Shown here piece after piece: positions 1-9,301 of a DNA stretch of 64,000 nucleotides. This DNA is from an uncultured bacterium (lineage in GTDB: Bacteria; Bacillota_I; Bacilli_A; RFN20; CAG-826): the NCBI GenBank assembly GCA_949291375.1, contig CASEVI010000003.1, forward strand, positions 14,224 through 78,223, in the 5' to 3' direction. Below the pieces are notes generated by a model. The model had not been told where the DNA came from, made no database searches, and was given only the letters and a program-made list of their open reading frames with translations. Positions within the stretch are counted from its first letter, which is position 1; each line of letters starts with the position of its first letter. A program made the position numbers and the translations under genes.

Positions 1-3000
1 AATCTTGTAAAAGATTTTCAAAAGACACTGAAACTTTATTCTTTAAAAGAACATCATCAATTTGTAATCTTTCTCCAAGTTCAATTCTTCTATCAAAAAT
101 TTGTTTTCCATAATCATTGATTAAATTTAAACCTTTAAAACTTAACATTTCATCTTTGCTCATTATTGATGGTTTAGATTTAATTGCATTGTATGGGTCA
201 TAAATTAAAGTTGCTGAAAAGCCATTAGTGTTGGTTTGAGTTTGTTCAATAATTTTAAATTTAGCTTGTTTAAGTTTTGTTAGTGTTGGATCATTTTCAA
301 CGCCGACACTAATTCTAATAGCAACACCACTACCACCATCTGACAAATGATTATCTGCAAAAGATTTTAATGCGTCGATAAAATTTGCCTCATTAGTAAA
401 GGCGAAGTTAGTAATTATAATATTGTTATTGCCAATTTTTGCTTTTCCATAATAAGGAATATATGAAATATCGCCAACTCTTGTATCTCCTTTTGTTAAT
501 GTGCGATATTCAAGACCAGCATATCCCAAATAATTTTCTGTCATTCTAAATTGCAAATTACTAGCATTAGAAGTTAAAACACTTGCTCTAAATTGTTCTT
601 TAGAAATTTTAGCAACCGAATAATTATTAACTTCATCAAAAACAACTTTTTTGCCAACTTTATTATTAGTTTCTTTTGGTAAAGAAATTTCTTTTGTTTT
701 TTCTTCAGCTAATAAAATTCTTCTCTTTTCATTTAATTCGTTAGCAATTCCATTTAGACCTCTTTTATAAGTAATTTTCTTTCCATTGTCGATTGCTTTT
801 TCAGTTCCTCTATAAGTTTCGTTGAAGTTTTTAATTGCTTCAGTTAAACCTTTTGCATTAAATGGGTTTGTATTATTATCACTTCTTGCGTCTTGCAAAA
901 TAACATCTAATGCACTAGAAATGTTTGCTAAAGGAACAGCAAAGTCTTTATTTGCCTTTTGAATTTCATCAACATATTTCTTTAATTCTTCTTTAGAGAA
1001 ATCTTTTCTTTTTATTAAGTCTTTATATTTATTTTCTGTTTCATTATAAAGTTTTGATAATTTCCCATCAGATTTAATATAGTCGGTTAAATCATAAATT
1101 GCGTTTTGAATATAATTGATTTCATCACTTGTTAAATTCTTTAAATCTAAATTTTCAACATAACTTCTAAAATCAGTTGCATATTTATCGAAGTCTTGAA
1201 GTGATGAATTTTCGTCTAATAGTTTTAATTCAATTTTATTATCTGTTTCTTGTAATATATTACTATTTTCTACAAACGATAATTGATATTGTTGTGCCTC
1301 ATCATATTGGTCTTTGTTAAAATGTTCTAATTTTACATTTTCATCTGTATTTACCATAAAAGCGACTTCTGGATTATTAAAACTCTTGGCTATATTATGG
1401 TGATCATATTCCATATTATATTCCATTAAAGAAGCAACTTTAAACCCTAAAACTTTGTTGTAATATTTTGCTAAATAACCATAACAATCAAGATGTGTTG
1501 CTCCATTTTCTTTTACATAATCACTTATTGCTTCAACAAAGCCCCTTTTATTAACATCAGCATTGAAAACACTAATTAAGTTTCCGTTTTTTTCAATAGC
1601 AAAACCTTGAAGTCCATCATCACTTAAAAAGCATTTTGTTCCTTCATAATTATCGTGTAAATCAACCAATTCATTTTGTTTAATATATGGTTTTATTGTT
1701 TCGAATGCGTCATGAAATAATGTAGGACTTACATTATTTGTAATTTTAAACTCTCCACCTTTGGAAGATTTTAAAGTCCTAAAATTATAGGAAGTGCTAT
1801 TTCTTCCACTTCCCAATTCTTGTTGTATGCTTCTTGTATATCTTTCTCGTATTGAGCTATCCAAGTCTTGATAAGTGGTTCTTCCACGTTCGAATTTCTT
1901 AAGTAATTTTCTACTTTGTTCGTGTAATCTTCTAAAGTCATCATTAATATTTTCCCCTTTATTAATTGAATTATCAATACCAACTTTCGCTCTTATTTCA
2001 TCAAATAATTGTTTAAATTTTCCTTTTGATTTTTCGCTTAAACTATCAATATCAGTTCCATATGTTTGTTTAAAAACATCTTCGGTTCCATTAATAAGAG
2101 CATCAATGTTTTCTTTTGTTGCATTATTAATTAAATTTTCTCTATATTTGCCAATAAAATCATCAACTTCTGCATCAATATCAGCGTCAATATTTTCATT
2201 AACGCCATAATTATCCATATCATCGACTGAATAATTATAAACTGCTTCGCCATTAGCGATTTGATTTGCTGTTGAAGTTTCTAAAATTCGATTAATTTCT
2301 CCACGAGAAAAATAATCTTTACTATTTAAGAAAGTTTTAGAAAATACATTTGTTTTTTTAGCGATAGATTTAAGTTCTTTATTAAACTCTCTATCAAACA
2401 TTGCTCTCTTTAAATTTTCTTTATTAAAGATATTTCTAATTAAATTAACATCGCTATTTCTAATTGTTTCATTTTCAACATAGTAAGCCAAAACTTCTTG
2501 CTTATATAAGTTATCGATTTGCTCTTGCGATAAATTAGTTTTGTTTTCAATATATTTTTGGACAGAGTTTTGTGCTTGTCTTTGAATATCTTCACTTAAT
2601 AAACCACGATTTGTAAAATCATTATATAAACTATCTAACGATTCTTGACCAACAGTATTAAATAATGAGTGTGTTAATTCGTGTTTTAAATAAGGTTCAA
2701 AGTTATTTTTTAAAGATGATTTAATTTCAATATGACCTGTGTTTTCATTATATCTAGCATTAACATCTAAATTATCAACGAAATCTACGGTAGGCATTTT
2801 ACCAAACGCATTGAAGTAATTTGTTGTATATTCTTTAACTTTTGTTTGGATATAATCTTGCTTTTCTAGAGAATTATTAGTGATGTTATCAAGTGCTTTA
2901 TTAAAATCATCAGCAGTTTTTAAAGTTGAAACATCAGTGAAATATTGAAGAAGTTTCTTTTGTTCGGTTGTATTACCTTTTAATTTTTCAGCACTATTAA

Positions 3001-4351
3001 CTAAACTATTTGTAAATCTTTCAAGTCGTTTTTCGCTACTAGCAATTCTCTTTGCATATCTTTCTTTTGATTTTTGAGTAGTTGCATTATCGTATTTATA
3101 TTGAAGTTCTGAAAGGTTATTCTTTTCATCAATAACATAGCCAAGATTACTTTTATAAGCATAGCCATTCTTGCCTAATTTAACTCTATCGGCAATAATA
3201 TCGCCACCACCTAAAACAAGAGCAGATAAGCCACCCATAACAAAAGATTCGGTTAAGTTTGGAATTAATGTTGATAAGTTATAACTTTCTTGTAAATGCT
3301 TTCCAACTGCCTCTGCACTTTCGTTATTTTTATATGTAAGTTCTAGAAATGGGGAAACTGCTTCACTTATTACTTCTTCTGTTCCTTCTTCGACAAATGC
3401 TCTTGCTAAATCTCTTATAACGCTACCACTTGAAACTCTACCAACAACACCATTAACAGCAGAGCCTGGAATAATGTATTCGGTTGCTCCTTCAACAAGA
3501 CCGCTTAAAATACCATATAAAAGACCTTCGCCAAGTGTATTGTTTTCATCTTCGTTTAAAACTTGCTCTACACCTTGTCCAGAAGCCGATAAAGACATAG
3601 CACCAACTGATACTGCTTTTGCAATTTGTGTTGCTGTTTTTCCACCAGTCAAGAGTTTACTTCCTAAACCTAATGCTTGTGTTGCGCCAGTTGCAGAAGT
3701 TGAGGCACCCATTGTAGCAATGCCTAAAATAATGGTAGGAAGTTGATTGCCTATTGTTTGAGAAAATTCATTATATTTTTGGTGGAAGTCATCTCCTAAT
3801 AATCCGACATAAGAATTATCATATAGTTGTTGTTGATATTCTTCTGCTGTTTGTTCCCATAAAGCATTTCCATATTCTTCTTCCCAGTTTCCATTAATCG
3901 AGGTTTCAATTAAATTGATAGGATCTAAATATCTTGAAACCCTATCAAGTCCAGCAGAAGCGTCCATTGACCAATCTTTTTTAATAAAATCAGTTGCCCA
4001 ACTATCATCAGCACCAAACCAAGAGCCTATAGTTCCAGCAACACCAACTAATGTATCTCCTATTCCTTCAAAAAAATCGAAAACGCCATTAGCAACATTA
4101 TAATTAAGTTCGTGTAATGTATCGCTAAATGATTTTGTATTGTTAGTTTCAGTTGAAGAAATACCACTATCAGTATTCAAATTCATTGGTGTTTCAACTT
4201 CAGTGTCTAAATTATAATCGTTAGCTTGTGTTTTACTGCTATCGAAAATATCAGTGTTTAGATCAGCACCAAGAATTAAATTGTTATACTCTCTCTCAAA
4301 TCTATTTTGTGCAAGTCTATTTAATAAATATTCTGTCCTTTTGTTAGCCAT
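1..4351 (-). CDS. Giant virion/ejection polyvalent protein (partial, about 1450 aa in window) with zincin-like HExxH motif and GNAT-like domain
   Basis: ATG at 4351 (MANKRTEYLLNRLAQ); frame open in every segment I translated and absent from the ORF track, consistent with running off the window. KHELTH at about 2669-2686; LSDDGLQGFAIEKNGNLISVFN...GATHLDCYGYLAKYY at about 1460-1630. Confidence 0.85.
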   Translation of the reverse strand, partial: MANKRTEYLLNRLAQNRFEREYNNLILGADLNTDIFDSSKTQANDYNLDTEVETPMNLNTDSGISSTETNNTKSFSDTLHELNYNVANGVFDFFEGIGDTLVGVAGTIGSWFGADDSWATDFIKKDWSMDASAGLDRVSRYLDPINLIETSINGNWEEEYGNALWEQTAEEYQQQLYDNSYVGLLGDDFHQKYNEFSQTIGNQLPTIILGIATMGASTSATGATQALGLGSKLLTGGKTATQIAKAVSVGAMSLSASGQGVEQVLNEDENNTLGEGLLYGILSGLVEGATEYIIPGSAVNGVVGRVSSGSVIRDLARAFVEEGTEEVISEAVSPFLELTYKNNESAEAVGKHLQESYNLSTLIPNLTESFVMGGLSALVLGGGDIIADRVKLGKNGYAYKSNLGYVIDEKNNLSELQYKYDNATTQKSKERYAKRIASSEKRLERFTNSLVNSAEKLKGNTTEQKKLLQYFTDVSTLKTADDFNKALDNITNNSLEKQDYIQTKVKEYTTNYFNAFGKMPTVDFVDNLDVNARYNENTGHIEIKSSLKNNFEPYLKHELTHSLFNTVGQESLDSLYNDFTNRGLLSEDIQRQAQNSVQKYIENKTNLSQEQIDNLYKQEVLAYYVENETIRNSDVNLIRNIFNKENLKRAMFDREFNKELKSIAKKTNVFSKTFLNSKDYFSRGEINRILETSTANQIANGEAVYNYSVDDMDNYGVNENIDADIDAEVDDFIGKYRENLINNATKENIDALINGTEDVFKQTYGTDIDSLSEKSKGKFKQLFDEIRAKVGIDNSINKGENINDDFRRLHEQSRKLLKKFERGRTTYQDLDSSIRERYTRSIQQELGSGRNSTSYNFRTLKSSKGGEFKITNNVSPTLFHDAFETIKPYIKQNELVDLHDNYEGTKCFLSDDGLQGFAIEKNGNLISVFNADVNKRGFVEAISDYVKENGATHLDCYGYLAKYYNKVLGFKVASLMEYNMEYDHHNIAKSFNNPEVAFMVNTDENVKLEHFNKDQYDEAQQYQLSFVENSNILQETDNKIELKLLDENSSLQDFDKYATDFRSYVENLDLKNLTSDEINYIQNAIYDLTDYIKSDGKLSKLYNETENKYKDLIKRKDFSKEELKKYVDEIQKANKDFAVPLANISSALDVILQDARSDNNTNPFNAKGLTEAIKNFNETYRGTEKAIDNGKKITYKRGLNGIANELNEKRRILLAEEKTKEISLPKETNNKVGKKVVFDEVNNYSVAKISKEQFRASVLTSNASNLQFRMTENYLGYAGLEYRTLTKGDTRVGDISYIPYYGKAKIGNNNIIITNFAFTNEANFIDALKSFADNHLSDGGSGVAIRISVGVENDPTLTKLKQAKFKIIEQTQTNTNGFSATLIYDPYNAIKSKPSIMSKDEMLSFKGLNLINDYGKQIFDRRIELGERLQIDDVLLKNKVSVSFENLLQD
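1771..1944 (-). CDS. 57-aa acidic protein nested out of frame in the giant gene (candidate immunity protein)
   Basis: SD-like AAAGGGG at 1954-1960, 9 nt before ATG; MMTLEDYTNKVENYLRN...; both frames open. Confidence 0.6.
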   Translation of the reverse strand: MMTLEDYTNKVENYLRNSNVEEPLIKTWIAQYEKDIQEAYNKNWEVEEIALPIILGL

Positions 4352-4361
4352 ATATACCTTT

Positions 4362-4390
4362 GCATTAATACAAAAAGTAGAAAAAATCAA
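4362..4390 (-). promoter_or_regulatory. Putative late promoter, copy 1
   Basis: TTGATT-17-TAATGC with TTGTAT just before the -10 position; same layout at 8492-8520 and 26259-26287. Confidence 0.55.
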
Positions 4391-4431
4391 GAGGTTAAAA
4401 TATAATAAAAAAAGCCAAAGGAGTTTTATCT

Positions 4432-4608
4432 ATGGCGAATTTTTATGGCTCGTCCTATTGTTGCTCTTTAAAAGATTATTTAATAAGATTTATGTTTTCT
4501 AAAAAGAGGCGAAAACCTCCGAAAATAAAAAATAAGTTTGAAATGGTTATAACTGTCTTGACCATAATCAAACTTATAATAGAAATCATAATTATTTTAA
4601 TCAAATAA
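4432..4608 (+). CDS. Small basic/hydrophobic peptide, type I toxin-like (unit 1)
   Basis: AAGGAG SD, ATG; ends KKRRKPPKIKNKFEMVITVLTIIKLIIEIIIILIK*. Confidence 0.55.
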   Translation: MANFYGSSYCCSLKDYLIRFMFSKKRRKPPKIKNKFEMVITVLTIIKLIIEIIIILIK

Positions 4609-4625
4609 TCTGATAAAGTCAATAA

Positions 4626-4896
4626 TAGGCTCCGAGCCTAGAAATAAATAAAAACTTTAACTATAATAAAAAAGTCGGAGGTATTACCCAACGACTATTT
4701 TTAAAGGCTTGTCCTACTTGATAGGTTATTTATATTTGAAAGTTGGTTTCAACGAAGAGGAAAAAGCCTCATAAATTTAAAAAAGATAACTTGGAAATCT
4801 TTAAAATGTTTTTAGAGATAATCCTTGTTATCCTAGAAATCATCTTAATTATATTTAAATAACTATTGAAATTCAAGTAGGCTCCGAGCCTAGAAA
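4626..4896 (+). repeat. Direct repeat TAGGCTCCGAGCCTAGAAA at 4626-4644 and 4878-4896, ending two tandem ~250-bp units
   Basis: Exact 19-nt repeat with an internal inverted repeat. Confidence 0.9.
4743..4862 (+). CDS. Small basic/hydrophobic peptide, type I toxin-like (unit 2)
   Basis: TTG start, VSTKRKKPHKFKKDNLEIFKMFLEIILVILEIILIIFK*; resembles the C-terminal part of unit 1. Confidence 0.5.
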   Translation: MVSTKRKKPHKFKKDNLEIFKMFLEIILVILEIILIIFK

Positions 4897-4904
4897 GGAA
4901 ATTT

Positions 4905-5330
4905 ATGAAGAAACTATTTTTAATTCCAATTATTGCTTTGAGTTTGGTGAGTTGTGGGGAAACAAAAAGTTTTGTAAAAAACACTTCTTTATCTAGTGAA
5001 AATAATATTGCAATTTTTAATGATTATCCGTTTCAAGATAAAAAAGGGGACGCTTATTTCAGCGAATTTCAATTTTTGTTTTTAGATAACGATAAAAGTC
5101 AACTGACTTACAACTTTTTATTTGCTTCCTTAACTTTAACGCCATCTATTGAAATATATCAATACGAACAAAAATACACTTTTAACTATACCGATTATAT
5201 AATTGATGAAGAAAATGTAGTGCATTTTTATGGCAATGATATTCCGTATGGTTTTACTTTTGAATATTTAACCGAAGAAAGTATTGCGATAAATATTTTA
5301 ACTGAAAGAATTGTATTAAATACATTTTAA
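4905..5330 (+). CDS. Lipoprotein moron (possible superinfection exclusion)
   Basis: MKK signal peptide with LVSC lipobox; opposite strand to the late genes. Confidence 0.7.
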   Translation: MKKLFLIPIIALSLVSCGETKSFVKNTSLSSENNIAIFNDYPFQDKKGDAYFSEFQFLFLDNDKSQLTYNFLFASLTLTPSIEIYQYEQKYTFNYTDYIIDEENVVHFYGNDIPYGFTFEYLTEESIAINILTERIVLNTF

Positions 5331-5353
5331 AACCACTCATTACGAGTGGTTTT
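5329..5353. terminator. Bidirectional intrinsic terminator
   Basis: AAAACCACTC-attac-GAGTGGTTTT between convergent genes. Confidence 0.75.
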
Positions 5354-5356
5354 ATT

Positions 5357-6661
5357 TTATTTCCAAGTTCTGTTTTTGGCGTTATATTTAACTTTATTTC
5401 CTGTAAATTCATCGTAGAATCTTTTTGAAATGGTGATATAACCTTGACCTGGAATGTAAGCGATATAAACAGTTCCAGAAATTCCTTGAACTTCAATAAC
5501 GGTATCTCTATTCTTTAAAGCACTAGAAGAAGTTTGAGTTGCATTGCTCAAATCTTCAAATACATGTTCGCCAAGTATTTCTTCTCCTGCTTGAGTTGAG
5601 GAAATATACTGACCATTTTCATTATAATAATGACCTATTGGTAGTCTTCCACTTGTAAATATATGAACTTCGTTACTTGTTCCAAAAGCATTTGGATTAT
5701 TCTTTAAAACCTCTTCAAAAGTTGTCCCATTATCAACTTCTTCCCCATTCAATATAGCATAATATCTTTGTTCAAGCATTGTTTTCTGGTCGTTTGTTAA
5801 GCCACTAATTCCATCAAAATTAACTTTTCCATCGGTAATTGTTGCACCGATTTGAGTTAAATAATTATTTAATTTCTCATCGCTAGTATGTGCTGTTTCC
5901 ATATTATTCAAAATTGAATTGTATAAATCATCATTAGCGACGTCCTCTTCTAATAGTGAATTTTCATAATCTTCTCTGTCCCATTCGTTCTTTTGGTTGA
6001 GTTGATTGTAATAGTTATTCAATTCTGCTAAATACTCATCTCTTGCATTGCTTGAAAGTCTATCAAGATAACTTAAATACATTTCATCATAATTCTTCTG
6101 TGCGTCTAACATTGAACTTTGATAAGATTGCTCAATTTCGGCATTTCTATCAGCATAGGCACTTCTATTTTGACCTAATGCATTAAGATAAGCATTTTGT
6201 TGCCTTGAATAATTTGTCGAGCCATAACCTTGCGAACCATAGCCCATTGCAGTCATTGCTGTATTAGTATGCGATAAAGCAGTATCACGAGCATTTGATA
6301 AAGCAACATTTGATCTTAATAAATCAGTATAAGAAGAATGCTTTAAACTTTCTTTTAATTCATCAAGATAAGTTTGCTGATTATCTTTTGAATTTTGAAG
6401 ATACTCAAGATATTGTTTTTCGTAAGTATCATTATACGTTGGTCTAGTTAGATTTTCGTAAGGATTAGTGTAAGTGTTTGTAGTAGTTGTTCCACTATCT
6501 ATTAATGAACCACCACTACCTTCATCTACGCTATTTGCTTTAATACCATTACCACCAATAGTTGGTTGTTTTACTTTTGTCGTTGGGGTAGTAGTTTTAT
6601 TACCACCCCCACCACCATTATTTTGTTTAAATTCAAATGAATATCTATTATTTATTGCCAT
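5357..6661 (-). CDS. Putative internal virion/ejection protein
   Basis: N/Q/S/Y-rich helical region with AMGYGSQGYG glycine motif; lies directly upstream of the giant gene. Confidence 0.6.
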   Translation of the reverse strand: MAINNRYSFEFKQNNGGGGGNKTTTPTTKVKQPTIGGNGIKANSVDEGSGGSLIDSGTTTTNTYTNPYENLTRPTYNDTYEKQYLEYLQNSKDNQQTYLDELKESLKHSSYTDLLRSNVALSNARDTALSHTNTAMTAMGYGSQGYGSTNYSRQQNAYLNALGQNRSAYADRNAEIEQSYQSSMLDAQKNYDEMYLSYLDRLSSNARDEYLAELNNYYNQLNQKNEWDREDYENSLLEEDVANDDLYNSILNNMETAHTSDEKLNNYLTQIGATITDGKVNFDGISGLTNDQKTMLEQRYYAILNGEEVDNGTTFEEVLKNNPNAFGTSNEVHIFTSGRLPIGHYYNENGQYISSTQAGEEILGEHVFEDLSNATQTSSSALKNRDTVIEVQGISGTVYIAYIPGQGYITISKRFYDEFTGNKVKYNAKNRTWK

Positions 6662-6674
6662 ATTTTATTGCTCC

Positions 6675-8468
6675 TTAACTATAATCATCTGTAAATGTTC
6701 CAACACTTGTTGAAACTGAACAAGTAAATCCAGTTCCAGGATCAAAAATGAATTTACTATTTCCACTAAATGTTTTACTGCTATTTGCACTTATTGTTGC
6801 AGGAAGACCACTAATTGTAATACCACAGCCACTATCTATAGAATTTACGGTTATTGAACTACTTGTATTATTTTTAACAACAACCCTAAATGTATAACCA
6901 TTTAAACTTGTAGGCGAGCCACTTAATGACGCCGTTATTTCTGCTTTTGGAGTTCCAGTTCCACCACTTGAAGGAACATAATTAAATGAATATGTATCAC
7001 TATCAGTATAACCACTAGCTTCAAAATGAATTGTTGCAGTATTTGTCATGCCATTAGTTCCATTGAAATTAAAGTCTTTTGATGAGTTTGCTCCAATTGT
7101 CCCCATATTAGTTGAACCATTGTATAAAGTAACGGTTACACTATTAGCGTTCTTAACTGTATATACGCAATAACCATCGCCAGTTGCTTTTAGAGAAGCT
7201 GAAGGTTTGCCTAATTTTACTGGTGTTGGTTCTTCATCTTCTTCATACATAATTTGAATTGTTTTATCGCTAGTCATTAAGAAATCAGATGAAGGTTGAT
7301 AACTTACTACATGATAGCCACTAATTGAAATTTTGTAGGAAGTTGGGTAAACCCTTGTGCCTTCTTCAATCGTATAAGTTCTAGTTGTGTATAAATTTGA
7401 AGTTGACCCTTTAAAATGTTTAACAGTTAAGGTATAGACAGTAGTTGGTTCAACACTTTCATACCACAATTCAAGAGTTGCACCAGAATAAGCATTAAAA
7501 TCTTTTGATGGGCTACTTGATTTGAATTCACATAATGATTGTGGTTTATATTTATTTGTAAGAGTAGAAATATCAACTAATTCGCCTTCTTCATATTCAT
7601 CAGTATATGTTTGAGCTTTTACATTATCTAAATAAGTAATAATAGTAATTGAAACTTTCTTTGGTTCTGGAATAGTTCCTTCTTCATATCTTCTTGAATA
7701 GCTTTTACCTCTAAATGAAGTCTTTAATGTAATTCCCCAATATTCTTGCTCATCATTAAAAGACCATTCGTTTGTTCTGCCACTTGAATTTTTACTAATT
7801 GTCCCACTATAAGAAATTGAACTTTTTTGTGTTGCAGTATAATAAACTTCGCCATTACTAGAAGTAAGAGTTAATTCTTCAAATGGTGCATTGCTATTAA
7901 TTGAAATTCTTAAATAGCCGTTAGTCATACCACCACTAACATTATTTGACGCACTTACACTTACATAATCAAATGGGTCATATTCTTCTTGTTTTTCGTA
8001 ATAATAAATAATTGCAGAATTTGCATAAATTGGAAAAGCAGTTTGAATACTTTGATCAATAAAATCATATCCTTCAATATCTAAACGATAATTGTCTGGT
8101 GAGATTATTCTACCTTTTGTAAATTGATGTGTGTCGGTTAATGAACTATCTAAAACATTATCTTTATAGTAGTAGCAAGTAAGATTATATTTTTCTTGAA
8201 CAGTTGGCTCGACATATTCAACAACAGCACTGACCGTGTTAATTCCTTCGACTAAAATGAACCTATTAGAAGTGATTTTTACACCGTTGACTGTGTAATA
8301 TGAAATAACATAATTCTCTTCAACTGATGAAGAAATTGTGACTGTCTCTCCAACGAAACCACTTTGCTTATTACAACTTATGGTTGCGTGTTCTGGATTA
8401 GTAATTTTAACTGTGCCAGTTTTTACATCACTGGCAATAAATGTTGGTTTCCCGTATAAATTTGGCAT
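6675..8468 (-). CDS. Multi-repeat beta-sandwich (Ig/MucBP-like) virion surface or adhesin protein
   Basis: Repeated ~70-aa T/Y/S-rich modules (GETVTISS...YYTVNG; YTLTVKHF...IMYE). Confidence 0.65.
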   Translation of the reverse strand: MPNLYGKPTFIASDVKTGTVKITNPEHATISCNKQSGFVGETVTISSSVEENYVISYYTVNGVKITSNRFILVEGINTVSAVVEYVEPTVQEKYNLTCYYYKDNVLDSSLTDTHQFTKGRIISPDNYRLDIEGYDFIDQSIQTAFPIYANSAIIYYYEKQEEYDPFDYVSVSASNNVSGGMTNGYLRISINSNAPFEELTLTSSNGEVYYTATQKSSISYSGTISKNSSGRTNEWSFNDEQEYWGITLKTSFRGKSYSRRYEEGTIPEPKKVSITIITYLDNVKAQTYTDEYEEGELVDISTLTNKYKPQSLCEFKSSSPSKDFNAYSGATLELWYESVEPTTVYTLTVKHFKGSTSNLYTTRTYTIEEGTRVYPTSYKISISGYHVVSYQPSSDFLMTSDKTIQIMYEEDEEPTPVKLGKPSASLKATGDGYCVYTVKNANSVTVTLYNGSTNMGTIGANSSKDFNFNGTNGMTNTATIHFEASGYTDSDTYSFNYVPSSGGTGTPKAEITASLSGSPTSLNGYTFRVVVKNNTSSSITVNSIDSGCGITISGLPATISANSSKTFSGNSKFIFDPGTGFTCSVSTSVGTFTDDYS

Positions 8469-8491
8469 TATAAAAAAGTATCCTTGATTTT

Positions 8492-8520
8492 CTATTAATA
8501 CAAAATTAAGAAAAATGCAA
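8492..8520 (-). promoter_or_regulatory. Putative late promoter, copy 2
   Basis: TTGCAT-17-TAATAG with TTGTAT motif. Confidence 0.55.
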
Positions 8521-8556
8521 GATATAAAAAAAGTTTATTTACAAAAATAAATAAAC

Positions 8557-8904
8557 TTATGAATAATAATTTTCTAGAGATATTGCTATATTTGCCTTTA
8601 AAATTTTATTTAAAGTCCAAGTTTTTGATTTTCCAGAACCAATAATAAATTGTTCATTTAATGAACCATCTGACAAAACAATTTTTCCTAAACAATTACT
8701 TCTGTCTGATAGATTTTGTATCGTAATTGTTTTAATGAAACTACACCCAGTAATTTTATCACCTTCACTATTTAAAACTTTTTCACATGTTGATATCGAT
8801 TGCGGAGAGTTATAAATAATAGTTGCTTGACCTTCACTTGTTCTCGAATCTTGTGTAAAGGTAATTGTATATCCCCCCCCCGTTAATATTTTGATGTATT
8901 TCAT
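8557..8904 (-). CDS. Small MxYxK[LI]-family tail-associated protein; G9 tract, in frame (ON)
   Basis: MKYIKILTGGG; C9 on + strand at 8873-8881; paralog of 8920-9252 (shared LSDGS). Confidence 0.8.
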   Translation of the reverse strand: MKYIKILTGGGYTITFTQDSRTSEGQATIIYNSPQSISTCEKVLNSEGDKITGCSFIKTITIQNLSDRSNCLGKIVLSDGSLNEQFIIGSGKSKTWTLNKILKANIAISLENYYS

Positions 8905-8919
8905 TGCTTCAATCTCCTT

Positions 8920-9252
8920 TTATGATATTGTTAATGTTAAACCAGAAGTTAATTCTTTTTCGACTGAAAAAACATCTGTTGCATTTGGATTAATCTTTTT
9001 TGCTTCATTATAACTACCATCTGAAAGTTGAACTCTAAAAGTATCTGAATAACCATTTTTATTTTTAATCCAAACGCTTTGAATAGTCCCACCTTGAATT
9101 GATGAACTTCCATTTGACGGCAAAGTTAAAGATTTGGTTCCTGCTTCATAAGGGATATGATAAGTAACTTCGACTTCTGCTGAAGAACCTGCATTATTTT
9201 GAATATTTAAAGTATAAATAGTTGAATCTACAAGTATTCTTTTATATTTCAT
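8920..9252 (-). CDS. Small MxYxK[LI]-family tail-associated protein
   Basis: MKYKRIL; beta-rich; paralog of 8557-8904. Confidence 0.8.
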   Translation of the reverse strand: MKYKRILVDSTIYTLNIQNNAGSSAEVEVTYHIPYEAGTKSLTLPSNGSSSIQGGTIQSVWIKNKNGYSDTFRVQLSDGSYNEAKKINPNATDVFSVEKELTSGLTLTIS

Positions 9253-9269
9253 TTTTTTCCTCTAATACC

Positions 9270-9299
9270 TTGATTATATATATATATATATAATGTAAA
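9270..9299. promoter_or_regulatory. Overlapping divergent promoters sharing a (TA)9 spacer
   Basis: + strand TTGATT(9270)-13-TATAAT(9289); - strand TTTACA(9299)-15-TATAAT(9278); (TA)9 at 9275-9292. Confidence 0.75.
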
Positions 9300-9301
9300 G
9301 T

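Noticed and set aside
4401-4896. CRISPR mini-array
   Set aside because: Only two 19-nt copies about 250 nt apart, with homologous coding sequence between them and no cas genes.
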